Assembly (NCBI GenBank): GCA_024698705.1
Contig: JAILQX010000017.1
Span: forward strand, 13,988-77,987
DNA from: Lachnospiraceae bacterium
GTDB lineage: Bacteria; Bacillota; Clostridia; Lachnospirales; Lachnospiraceae
Reading direction: 5' to 3'
Length of the DNA: 64,000 nt
Positions 35,880 to 45,038 of this stretch are shown here, in pieces. Position 1 is the stretch's first letter. Every line of letters begins with the position of its first letter. The notes below the pieces were generated by a model. That model ran no database searches. It had not been told where the DNA came from and worked only from the letters and a program-made list of their open reading frames with translations. A program made the translations under genes and the position numbers.

Positions 35880-36696
35880 TAACCCTGTCTATGATGCCGG
35901 CGGGATCCTCGATGAGGGTTCCGTATACTACCAGTTGTCTGTCCGAATCCGGATCATCTATGGTGAGCGTCACCATAAAATTATACTCACTCAACTGTTC
36001 CCATCCGTTTCGTATCTGTTTCCCTACTATCTTGCTCTCATATACATCTTCCATAAACTGTCTGCAGCCCGATGCATATGTAAAATCATAGGTTCTTATC
36101 AGACTGGTGTTGTCTCGTTCCATGCATCCCCATATCTCATAGGTGAGCACGTCACCGTCTATATAAATGTAGAATGTTTCATTTTCATCAAAAAAATCCG
36201 GATTTTCGAAGTTTACCAGTTCCCTGAAGAGTCCCTTTTCTCCGCCATTGCCGTGTATGACCGTGTTGAAATCGCACATGTTGGTCATATTGGCCATCTC
36301 TATATACAATGCACCGCTTTCGTCCGCTTCCTTCTTTGAATTGTGTGTCATATAGAAGTCATCCGCAATCGCACTCTGAAGGATCGGGCAATCTATATCG
36401 GTACCGGGTACCGTAAGCCATCCGAATATCTCTTCATTTTCGGCCGCAAGTGCCGGAATATCTATATTTCTCGATTTGATCGCATCGGGATCCGAAGTAC
36501 TCGTAACTGTGACCGCGTTGTCTTCTCCGTTGCTTTCGGAAGGATCTCCACCGTTTTCGTTTACTGCAACATTCTCATCGGTCTCAGCCGTTATATCTTC
36601 CTGCGTTTCCGCACCTTTGCCGCATCCCACACCGGATACAGCCAGCAAAAGAGCTGCCGCACATATGGAAATATTTCTCATATACCGGCTAGTCAT
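35869..36696 (-). CDS. Class B sortase-like lipoprotein, catalytic His/Cys apparently absent
   Basis: Lipobox-like SGVGC; FGWLTVPGTDIDCPILQ...FYMTHN...SGALYIE is typical of SrtB; start ATG 36696 overlaps the end of cpsD. Confidence 0.75.
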   Translation of the reverse strand: MTSRYMRNISICAAALLLAVSGVGCGKGAETQEDITAETDENVAVNENGGDPSESNGEDNAVTVTSTSDPDAIKSRNIDIPALAAENEEIFGWLTVPGTDIDCPILQSAIADDFYMTHNSKKEADESGALYIEMANMTNMCDFNTVIHGNGGEKGLFRELVNFENPDFFDENETFYIYIDGDVLTYEIWGCMERDNTSLIRTYDFTYASGCRQFMEDVYESKIVGKQIRNGWEQLSEYNFMVTLTIDDPDSDRQLVVYGTLIEDPAGIIDRVIEE

Positions 36697-37552
36697 CGTT
36701 TCCGCCCTCATTCTTTGAAGGGATCGAGTCCAGTGTATCCAGATCAAATTCAAAATCGTCATCCAGTATCATGCGGGATGTTGTATCTTTCACAACGCCT
36801 CTGAGAGCATCCTCCTCACTTATAAGGTAATTCGGATTCATGCTTCCGTCCTCGCCGTATTTGCCATAATATTTGCCATAATACTTGCCATAATACTTGC
36901 CGTAATTGCCGTACAGGCTCTTGGCAGACATATCGACCTTGTTGAGAACAACGCCCAGTATCCTGCAGTCCGCTTTATCAAGCTGCGCTTTTACGGATTG
37001 TGCGAATCTGTAACTTATGGCGTTGGATTCTATGACCACAACAACACCGTCGCATCTGTGTCCGACGACCGCAGCATCTATGACAGATCCTAGGGGAGGT
37101 GTGTCTATGATGATATAGTCAAATGTTCCTCTGAATTTAGCCAGAAGATCCCTAAATTCTTCGCCGCCGAGAAGCTCCGAAGGGTTCGGAGGGACCGGTC
37201 CGGAAAATACCATGAACAGGTTTGTCACATTGGTAGAATAGACTACGTCCACTGCGGGTGCTTTGCCTATCAGAGCGTGTGTGAGACCTTTTCTTACCCC
37301 ACCGGTCTTATATCTTCCGACAAGGACAGACTTTCTTAAGTCTGCATCGAGCAGAAGCGTCTTATTGCCCGCTTTTGCAAATGCTTTCGCCATCTCCATT
37401 GCCGTGCTTGATTTTCCCTCGTTGGGGGTGCACGAAGTAACAGCGATGGTCTTTACTTCACCGCCGCAGAATTCGACATTGCTTCTAAGAGACTTGAATG
37501 CCTCATTTACTCTGTAATCTTCTTCCTGAAATGTAAGATTTATCTTCTGCAT
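36689..37552 (-). CDS. cpsD: BY-kinase CpsD/CapB
   Basis: EAFKSLRSN, PNEGKS, LLDADLR, IIIDTPP; tyrosine cluster YGNYGKYYGKYYGKYYGKYG. Confidence 0.92.
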   Translation of the reverse strand: MQKINLTFQEEDYRVNEAFKSLRSNVEFCGGEVKTIAVTSCTPNEGKSSTAMEMAKAFAKAGNKTLLLDADLRKSVLVGRYKTGGVRKGLTHALIGKAPAVDVVYSTNVTNLFMVFSGPVPPNPSELLGGEEFRDLLAKFRGTFDYIIIDTPPLGSVIDAAVVGHRCDGVVVVIESNAISYRFAQSVKAQLDKADCRILGVVLNKVDMSAKSLYGNYGKYYGKYYGKYYGKYGEDGSMNPNYLISEEDALRGVVKDTTSRMILDDDFEFDLDTLDSIPSKNEGGNDD

Positions 37553-37554
37553 CT

Positions 37555-38292
37555 TTATCTTCTCTTTTTCTTCTTCCTGTTATCTTCCGTTTCGATGATC
37601 GGAATGATGCCCAGTGTTGACAATCCGAGGAATCTCTCCACATCTTCGCTTGTCTTGATGGTGTCATCCATCAGGTATCCTATAAGTATGATCGCGCACA
37701 TCAGTATACCTCCGAGTGCTCCTCCCACCACTATCCACTTGGTATAACTGGGGGATGATTTCTCTGTGGGCATATTGGCACTTTCAACTATATTGACCGC
37801 ATCGATATCCATAACGTTGCTGATATGCTGTGATGCGCTTTCTCTCAATGCATTGGCCATGTTCATGGCTACCACCGGATCGTGATCCGAAACGGTGATC
37901 GCAAGTATTCGTGTGTCCGAAGGTGAAGATACGCTTATCTTTTTCTTCATCTGGGCATATTCAAGATCGAGTCCCATTTTCTGGATGACTTCTTCCACAA
38001 CGTACCTCGAATTGATCAGTTCCGAATAGTCCTTGGTCAGCTGCGTTCCGAGCTGCACATCCGAATATGTGACCGTCTGGCTGTCGCTCTTGTTTAGTAT
38101 GTAGATCTTGGTCGTGGATTCGTAGGTCGGCTTTATCACAAAAAAACTGATAGCAAACCCCGCGATAGCCGTTGTCAGTGCCACCAGCAGGATCAGCCAC
38201 CATCTGCCGATCAGTATGGAGAAGACCTCAAGAAGGTCTATCTCGATCATATCATTTGTCTTATTATTGTTATTATTGTCCATCTTCCCCAA
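37555..38292 (-). CDS. cpsC: CpsC/YveK polysaccharide co-polymerase
   Basis: IEIDLLEVF, PTYESTTKIY, 2 TM segments, DDTIKTSEDVERFLGLSTLGIIP. Confidence 0.9.
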   Translation of the reverse strand: MGKMDNNNNNKTNDMIEIDLLEVFSILIGRWWLILLVALTTAIAGFAISFFVIKPTYESTTKIYILNKSDSQTVTYSDVQLGTQLTKDYSELINSRYVVEEVIQKMGLDLEYAQMKKKISVSSPSDTRILAITVSDHDPVVAMNMANALRESASQHISNVMDIDAVNIVESANMPTEKSSPSYTKWIVVGGALGGILMCAIILIGYLMDDTIKTSEDVERFLGLSTLGIIPIIETEDNRKKKKRR

Positions 38293-38337
38293 CCATTAAT
38301 GTTGTTCTTTATATTTCGTGCCGTGATCATATCCGGC

Positions 38338-39063
38338 TCAGATATATTCGTCGTTTATTATATGCATCGGATTTGTCTCAAATATCGTTGTTACAAAATC
38401 CTCTCCGTATTTCTTGGCCAGATACCTGATGCATTTATCCATCCGCATGGTCCTTTTGGTATCTTCATGTGCGTCGCTTGCCACAAATGACACAACGCCT
38501 TCCTTAAGAAGCTTTCTGGCGTCCGACTTGACCTTCCATCCGAAGTTTCCCATTATCGAGCCTGAATTGACCTGAAGGTAACATCCTTTGTCAGTCAGGT
38601 CATATACTCGCTCCACATCCTTCATAACATTGACATATCTCTCCACATGAGCGATTATCGGGCGGTAACCTCTCGCAAGCATATCATCTGCGCCCCGCTT
38701 TATATAATCCCAGTCGTCCATGGGGTTGTATTCCAGCAGAACATAATGCGAACCCGCCATTGTCGCCGCTTTTCCGTTCTCAAGTCTCTCTCCGACATCC
38801 ATACGGTAATATATCTCATTGCCGTGATAAAGGTTGATACCGATACCTTCCTGCACACACGCTTTTTTCAGCATATTCATGAGTTCAAGCATCTCTGATC
38901 TGTAGACATTGCGACGGTTCGGCTTATTGTGCGGTGTAAGTATGACATCCGTCGTACCGCTCTCTTCGGCCTGCTTTAACATTCTCAGGCTCATATCGAT
39001 ATTCTTCGAGCCGTCATCCACTCCCCACAATATGTGGTTATGTATGTCAAATATTCTTCCCAT
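38338..39063 (-). CDS. cpsB: CpsB/CapC PHP-family tyrosine phosphatase
   Basis: DIHNHILWGVDDGS, TPH, GNE, IAHVERY, ASDAH. Confidence 0.92.
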   Translation of the reverse strand: MGRIFDIHNHILWGVDDGSKNIDMSLRMLKQAEESGTTDVILTPHNKPNRRNVYRSEMLELMNMLKKACVQEGIGINLYHGNEIYYRMDVGERLENGKAATMAGSHYVLLEYNPMDDWDYIKRGADDMLARGYRPIIAHVERYVNVMKDVERVYDLTDKGCYLQVNSGSIMGNFGWKVKSDARKLLKEGVVSFVASDAHEDTKRTMRMDKCIRYLAKKYGEDFVTTIFETNPMHIINDEYI

Positions 39064-39264
39064 ATATAGTATCTACTTTCAAATTTTAAACATTTCACGG
39101 TCCTGCGTCAACCGTATATGGGCAAATATCCCAAAAACAGCCCTGCAAAAACAAGGTTCTGCAGAGCTGCATCAATTACACTTCACGAAAGAAATCCACA
39201 AAGTGGACGTGACACACAAGCTTGCTTGTGTGTTTTATCATGCATGATAAAAATTTTTGTATAT

Positions 39265-39828
39265 TTATACTTCTACAAAAAGAAGTTTCTCTGCGTTCTT
39301 CGTAAGAGTAACAACCACGTGATCTTTTCTGACCTCGTTTACGACAACCTTTGTCCAAACGCCGTTATTAAGCTGGTAAGCTTCTATCTTCTTACCGGAC
39401 TGCATACCGCTTACCCAGAAATTGATCTTTGCCGTATTAAAGTTAAAGCCCTTAAGACCAAAGAAAGAAACGATCTTTCCTTTTGCCTTCTTGGCCTGAT
39501 CCTTTGCAGCATCTGTATCTGCTTTGTTGGGTTTGATCAGAGTAACTGTATAATTTGAAGGTGCACCGTTTATCTCTACATGGCCTCCCTGACCGGTTAC
39601 CATGAGTGCCTCACCTTCAAGACCCGGTACGCTTGTTATGACATTGTTACGGTATTCCGGAACTGTCATATTAAGTTCAGCTGCTGAGCCGGCGTAAATC
39701 GAAGTTGCATCATTCGTCTGTGTTGTCGCAACTACAGCAGATGCTGACGGTGAATTGGCTGCTACTGCAGATATAGCCATTCCGAATGTCATGACGCCAA
39801 CCATAAGCAATGCTACTAATTTTTTCAT
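39265..39828 (-). CDS. Hypothetical secreted protein
   Basis: Signal peptide MKKLVALLMVGVMTFGMAISAVAA; GAGGAGG upstream. Confidence 0.7.
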   Translation of the reverse strand: MKKLVALLMVGVMTFGMAISAVAANSPSASAVVATTQTNDATSIYAGSAAELNMTVPEYRNNVITSVPGLEGEALMVTGQGGHVEINGAPSNYTVTLIKPNKADTDAAKDQAKKAKGKIVSFFGLKGFNFNTAKINFWVSGMQSGKKIEAYQLNNGVWTKVVVNEVRKDHVVVTLTKNAEKLLFVEV

Positions 39829-39922
39829 CGAGTCAAACTTCCTCCTCTCATAATCGTTGAAGTGTAATGTATGTATCACGTGCAATGCACATCATACCAT
39901 ATGTTCTTCAGGAAATATTCCC

Positions 39923-40309
39923 TTACTCTTTTCCCTTCCCGTCAGTTTCCACGGCTTCGGGGATCTCTTTTTTTTCTTCTTTAAATTCGGCCTTAAATAC
40001 CCTTGATGCCTTTGACACATTGCCACTGTAATCGCATACAGCATAGTATACGACCGCGCTGTTGTCGTCTCTGTTCTCAAGGATTTTCTCCACAACAACC
40101 CTGTCAGTTATGTCACCGTCAACGTTGTCCTGCGCACTTACTCCTTCGAGCAAAATATCATTGCCGATATCTGCAGTATAAACAGCTGTATTCTCGGTAA
40201 AACTGATCTTCGGCCTCTGTCCGTCTTTGTTGATATAAAAGAATGCACATATGCCAAGCATCGCGATGTCTATCACTATTAATAATATAACTGTAACCTT
40301 GCTGTTCAT
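39923..40309 (-). CDS. Membrane-anchored protein with a bacterial Ig-like domain
   Basis: N-terminal TM; PKISF...GVSAQDNVDGDIT...YAVCDYSGN. Confidence 0.7.
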   Translation of the reverse strand: MNSKVTVILLIVIDIAMLGICAFFYINKDGQRPKISFTENTAVYTADIGNDILLEGVSAQDNVDGDITDRVVVEKILENRDDNSAVVYYAVCDYSGNVSKASRVFKAEFKEEKKEIPEAVETDGKGKE

Positions 40310-40380
40310 GCCTGACTCGCATACCTTTCCTACTGTAAACTACATTTTACTATCAACACGGAATTATGTCAACTTTTTAT

Positions 40381-41394
40381 TTAAACAGTGTCCTGTTTGT
40401 CCAAATGATCATACGGAAATATCGTCTTGATCGTGCCGTCAGCATTGTACTCGAGCTCGGTATACTTTACATTTCTTCTGTGATTTATGCCATTGCTGAG
40501 CTCACAGTCATGGTAGAAAAGATACCATTTGCCATGATATTCGATGATGGAATGATGCGTTGTCCAGCCAAGGACCGGCTCCATGATCCTTCCGCGGTAT
40601 GTAAACGGTCCCATCGGATCCGTTCCGGTTGCGTATACGAGATAATGTGTTGTTCCGGTCGAATAAGACAGATAATAAAGCCCGTTGTATTTATGTACCC
40701 AGGGACCTTCAAAATATCTCCTGTCTTCATCTCCGGCTTTGAGTGGTTCACCGTTCTCATCGAGGATCTGAACCATCTTCGGAGTTTCTTTAAAAGATTT
40801 CATGTCATCGGCAAGTTCTGCCGCAAACGGACCGAGTGCCGCCTCATCTCCCTGCGGTCCGTCAGCTCCGGGTATCATATCAGGATCGCCCATTACGAAC
40901 TCACCTGTCTGCCATTTCTCAAGCTGGCCTCCCCAAAGGCCGCCGTTGTACATATAATACCTTCCGTTATCGTCCTCAAATACAGCAGGATCGATACTCA
41001 TGCTGTCTTTTATGTAATCGGGTTCAGCCTTGAACGGTCCGACAGGACTGTCACTTACGGCAACTCCGACTCTGAATATGCCTTCTTTGTCCCTTGCCGG
41101 AAAATAAAGATAATATTTACCATCCTTGCGTGCCACATCGGGTGCCCACATCTGCTTGCTGACCCACGGAACATCCTTCATATGAAGTGCTTCGCCGTTG
41201 TCAACGCAATCTGCCTCAAGGTTGTCCATAGACAGAATATGATAGTCTTCCATCTGATATTCGCCGCCGTCATCGTCGTCTTCGCCCCCATGTGCGATAT
41301 CATGTGACGGATATACGTATATCTTGTCGTCAAATACGTGCGCAGACGGATCTGCAGTAAAAATGTGTCTTACAAGTGGTTCTCTTTGTTTCAT
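40381..41394 (-). CDS. GH43 beta-xylosidase/arabinofuranosidase, cytoplasmic
   Basis: ADPSAHVF, WAPD, SIDPAVF, FEGPW; no signal peptide. Confidence 0.92.
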   Translation of the reverse strand: MKQREPLVRHIFTADPSAHVFDDKIYVYPSHDIAHGGEDDDDGGEYQMEDYHILSMDNLEADCVDNGEALHMKDVPWVSKQMWAPDVARKDGKYYLYFPARDKEGIFRVGVAVSDSPVGPFKAEPDYIKDSMSIDPAVFEDDNGRYYMYNGGLWGGQLEKWQTGEFVMGDPDMIPGADGPQGDEAALGPFAAELADDMKSFKETPKMVQILDENGEPLKAGDEDRRYFEGPWVHKYNGLYYLSYSTGTTHYLVYATGTDPMGPFTYRGRIMEPVLGWTTHHSIIEYHGKWYLFYHDCELSNGINHRRNVKYTELEYNADGTIKTIFPYDHLDKQDTV

Positions 41395-41447
41395 GTCATC
41401 TCCTTATTGATAAATATATTCCCCCGGCTTTTACGCCATCCCAAGGT

Positions 41448-42932
41448 CTATTTTGTATACTCCTGCAGTTTGCTGATATTGTCTATGATACCCTGCATGA
41501 GAGTTGAAAAACTGTTGACCAGTTTAACATTTCTTTCCGTTGTGCTGTAAGCTTCCTGTGCACTTGCACTGATCTCTTCGCTTGTTGCGGACAATGTGGA
41601 TACATTGTCAACGATCGTATTGTTTGCTTCGAGCAATTTCTTCATCACACTGTCAACATCACGTACATGTCCGGTAAGTTCATTGACTTTGTTGCTGATG
41701 ATCTCAAACTTTGCACTCGCTTCCTGTGCTGCCTGATTTTCCTTATTGGAATTATCAACCGTTACGGAAACCTTATCCGTCATAAGCTGAGCATTGTCAG
41801 CAAGTTCATCGATGAGTACGGTGATATGCTCCGTCTCTTCCTTTGTCTGTTCAGCGAGCTTTCTGATCTCTTCAGCAACTACCGCAAAGCCTCTGCCTGC
41901 CTCTCCGGCTCTTGCAGCCTCTATGCTGGCATTGAGCGCGAGCAGGTTGGTCTGTGTCGAAATACCGAGAATGATGCTTGTGATGACACGCATCTCATTG
42001 GACTTATCAAGCAGGTGATTTGCCGCCTCTTCCATGGCATTTGTATTGTTGATCGTATGATTTACCTGCTCAAACAGGCTCTTCATGATGTCGCTGCCGG
42101 TATCGAGCGCTTCTTTTGCATCTTCAGTGATATCAAGGATCGCCGAAGTCTTCTCCTGAGTCTGATCCATGATCTCCTGGATCTCCTTGGTCTGCTCGGT
42201 CTGATTTACAAATGCTTCCGCACTGCTGTTGACACCGACACTGATGTTGTTCATCGACTCACTTACGAGTTCTGTTATTTCCGAAATATCCTTAAGGTTT
42301 TCAGAAAGCCCCGCGGTACTCTCTTCAACCGATCTGACAACTTCTATTATCTGTCTTGTAACCGTTTCATTGTGATCAGATGCTGAAGTAACCTCTGAGA
42401 GTGATTCATCAAAGAACCTCTTAACGAGTTTTAAACCTTTAAGTGCGACAATCGATACAATGACTGTTATGATAGCCTCGATCATGACCTCCTCAAGCTT
42501 ATCGGTAACGACCTCGGCACGTGTCATCGTGAGTACTATCCTTATGATGTTGGTGATGATATAAGCGATACATCCCAGATTTACCAGCCACTCATCCATT
42601 GCAAATATCGCAAGGAAAAGATAAGGTATCATATAAGGGAACATTGTACCGCTTGCTCCGAGTATCATCATAAGAAAATAAACCAGCGCAAATGCAAGAA
42701 CTACGTATCTGGTAAATATGATCTCACTCTTATACCTCGCAAACATGATAAATGTGCCTATAAGTGCGATAAGACATACAACAGACGGTATAACGCACAT
42801 TGCAACAGTAATATTTGCATCTTCGTCCACAGCTGTTATCTGGCTCATTACCCCCATGATCGCAAAAAATGAAACGATCACATGTACCAATAAAATCAAC
42901 CTGTTTGTTCTAAACAAATGCTTTTCTCTCAT
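41448..42932 (-). CDS. Methyl-accepting chemotaxis protein with a multi-TM N-terminal sensor
   Basis: [39 protein letters not shown]. Confidence 0.95.
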   Translation of the reverse strand: MREKHLFRTNRLILLVHVIVSFFAIMGVMSQITAVDEDANITVAMCVIPSVVCLIALIGTFIMFARYKSEIIFTRYVVLAFALVYFLMMILGASGTMFPYMIPYLFLAIFAMDEWLVNLGCIAYIITNIIRIVLTMTRAEVVTDKLEEVMIEAIITVIVSIVALKGLKLVKRFFDESLSEVTSASDHNETVTRQIIEVVRSVEESTAGLSENLKDISEITELVSESMNNISVGVNSSAEAFVNQTEQTKEIQEIMDQTQEKTSAILDITEDAKEALDTGSDIMKSLFEQVNHTINNTNAMEEAANHLLDKSNEMRVITSIILGISTQTNLLALNASIEAARAGEAGRGFAVVAEEIRKLAEQTKEETEHITVLIDELADNAQLMTDKVSVTVDNSNKENQAAQEASAKFEIISNKVNELTGHVRDVDSVMKKLLEANNTIVDNVSTLSATSEEISASAQEAYSTTERNVKLVNSFSTLMQGIIDNISKLQEYTK

Positions 42933-43108
42933 TGTTTCTTCTCCTCTGTAATAATGGTTTTTTTATCAATACATTCCCCCATGTAGTAAAGAAAATTATA
43001 CCACAAATTTAGTGGTTTTGACTATATTTTTCTGAAAATTTGCCCCAAAATCCGTTTATTTGTTCAAACGCAAAAGAAAAGAGTCCCGAGCCCCGGTTCC
43101 AAGGTCTT

Positions 43109-43158
43109 TTCCGCATCAAAAAAGGACATCCTTTCGGATGTCCTTTTTTGATGCGGAA
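43109..43158. terminator. Long hairpin / intrinsic terminator after tRNA-Leu(AAG)
   Basis: Perfect 23-bp arms around TTTC, including A6/T6 tracts. Confidence 0.85.
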
Positions 43159-43235
43159 GATGGGACTTGAACCCACACGACGTAGCCGCCACAAGATCCT
43201 TAGTCTTGCCTGTCTGCCAATTCCAGCACTTCCGC
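43152..43235 (-). tRNA. tRNA-Leu (anticodon AAG)
   Basis: GCGGAAG/CTTCCGC acceptor stem with A73; anticodon arm CAAGA-CTAAGGA-TCTTG; long variable arm; GGGTTCAAGTCCC T-arm; CCA not encoded. Confidence 0.95.
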
Positions 43236-43266
43236 TTACCGCAATCATTTCGTGACCGCAAAAGAT

Positions 43267-43295
43267 ATATTATCACGCAAAAACTCTTTCGTCAA
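43267..43295 (-). promoter_or_regulatory. Sigma-70 promoter of tRNA-Leu(AAG)
   Basis: Minus strand TTGACG-17 bp-TAATAT. Confidence 0.65.
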
Positions 43296-43336
43296 CAACA
43301 AATTACAGAATTTCTCCGGCTGTGTTATTATTAGCC

Positions 43337-43365
43337 TTGACAGTGACAGTAAAACACTATAAAAT
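43337..43365 (+). promoter_or_regulatory. Sigma-70 promoter of tRNA-Leu(CAG)
   Basis: TTGACA-17 bp-TAAAAT. Confidence 0.8.
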
Positions 43366-43377
43366 AACAAAGTGCTT

Positions 43378-43461
43378 GCAGAAATGGCGGAATTGGCAGA
43401 CGCGCACGGTTCAGGTCCGTGTGGTAGCAATACCATGAGGGTTCAAGTCCCTTTTTCTGCA
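43378..43461 (+). tRNA. tRNA-Leu (anticodon CAG)
   Basis: GCAGAAA/TTTCTGC acceptor stem with A73; CACGG-TTCAGGT-CCGTG; long variable arm; GAGGGTTCAAGTCCCTT. Confidence 0.95.
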
Positions 43462-43475
43462 TTGTATCTAAATTC

Positions 43476-43510
43476 AAAACCTCGGGATTTGTTACATCCC
43501 GAGGTTTTTT
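43476..43510. terminator. Bidirectional terminator between tRNA-Leu(CAG) and the convergent capA-like gene
   Basis: AAAACCTCGGGAT...ATCCCGAGGTTTTT. Confidence 0.85.
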
Positions 43511-43532
43511 ATTATCAACTTCGACCGCGTTT

Positions 43533-45026
43533 CTATTCTTTTATATGTACCGCAACATCCCCCTCTTCAATGTGCATAACGATCTTTGTAAGATTCTCAT
43601 CGCATATTTCTGTGGTTCCGTCTTTATGTTTCACTATGTTAAAGCAGGCCAGGCCGCCCGTACGACACTCCTCTTCTTTCTGTCCCGAAACGAAATTTCC
43701 CAATGAGTAATAAACCAGTGTTTTGTGTCCGCTGTCCGTCACTATAGTCTCGAAAGGTTCGAGAACATGCGGATGGGAACCTATTATCACATCTGCACCG
43801 TTTTGGGCCATAAGGTACGCCAGACGCTTCTGTTCCTCATTCGGTTCCGTATTGTATTCATCCCCCCAATGAGCCATGACCAATACAACATCGGCACGCG
43901 CCCTTGCATACTTAAGCTGATCCGTAAGCCGTTCTTCATCGGTGAATTTCCATACCGCATTAGGATTATCCGCAGGCTCGGGCATTCCGTTTGTACCGTA
44001 GGTATAAGCAAGACATGCGATCCTTACTCCGCGGCATTCCAAAAATCCTATCCCTTCGTAAATATCATCTGTTTTAGAAGCCCCAACGATGATCCGGCCA
44101 CTTACGGCTGTTTCACTCTCCGTTTCGTCAAATGCCTTCTCATACGCATCTATGGTCGAACATAATCCTGTCTCACCTTTGTCCAACATATGATTGTTGG
44201 CCAGTCCGATAACATCGAAACCTGTGTCGACAATCGCGTCTGCTATACCCGCAGGTAATGCAAACCTAGGATGATCACCGACTTCAGACCTGTCATAGAC
44301 AAGTACCGTCTCCTGATTGACAAGTGCCAGATCAGCAGCTTCTATAAAGGGTTTTACGGGTTCATACAGGTCGTCAAATCCGTCTATGTGATCCAGCAGA
44401 TAGGGGTGCACCAGATTATCTCCTGCACAGACAACTCTGACCGAAGTTTCTTTCGGATTGCCCGCCAGACGCAACCCAAAGTTTTCCCACATCCAGATGG
44501 TATGTCTTTCATCATCAGATGCTCCCTCGATCGGCACATAATCGATCATTACCTTATCATCACCGTATCCGGCCATGGATTCAACTCTGTTATTCAATGC
44601 GGATGACATCCACAGGGCTCTTATCTTTTCTTCTTCTTTTTCATCCCACCTGTATATGAACACATGCTGCTCAAGCCTTATATCATTGTGACTTACCCAT
44701 CTGGGATGAACCTTACCGTAACTTCCGTGCTTCCATACCAGCAGGACCAATTCATCGGTCCCGTCCCGGTCCACATCTCTTACGAGCATATCCTGTACAA
44801 ACCAGTCATCCTCCGTCTTCCACAAGAGATTATGGTTCCGGTCGGACAGTCTCATTTCCCTGTTCCGCAATGTTACATAGCCGCCTTCAAATGCGGTTTC
44901 ATATTCGTTCCATATTACATTGCGGGGCAGAAATGCACCCTTCCACCACAATGCAAATATGGCAGTGATGATGATCACTGCCACTATTACAAAATATATG
45001 AAGCTGTGCTTTCTGACTTTCAGCAT
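43533..45026 (-). CDS. CapA/PGA_cap family metallophosphoesterase with an N-terminal TM and a VCBS-like segment
   Basis: CAGDNL, NQET, LANNHMLD, HWGDEY, IIGSHPHV, YYSLGNF. Confidence 0.88.
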   Translation of the reverse strand: MLKVRKHSFIYFVIVAVIIITAIFALWWKGAFLPRNVIWNEYETAFEGGYVTLRNREMRLSDRNHNLLWKTEDDWFVQDMLVRDVDRDGTDELVLLVWKHGSYGKVHPRWVSHNDIRLEQHVFIYRWDEKEEEKIRALWMSSALNNRVESMAGYGDDKVMIDYVPIEGASDDERHTIWMWENFGLRLAGNPKETSVRVVCAGDNLVHPYLLDHIDGFDDLYEPVKPFIEAADLALVNQETVLVYDRSEVGDHPRFALPAGIADAIVDTGFDVIGLANNHMLDKGETGLCSTIDAYEKAFDETESETAVSGRIIVGASKTDDIYEGIGFLECRGVRIACLAYTYGTNGMPEPADNPNAVWKFTDEERLTDQLKYARARADVVLVMAHWGDEYNTEPNEEQKRLAYLMAQNGADVIIGSHPHVLEPFETIVTDSGHKTLVYYSLGNFVSGQKEEECRTGGLACFNIVKHKDGTTEICDENLTKIVMHIEEGDVAVHIKE

Positions 45027-45038
45027 TATTTTGTATCC

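Noticed and set aside
43533-45026. Poly-gamma-glutamate capsule synthesis
   Set aside because: Only a CapA-family domain is present; capB and capC are absent from the window.
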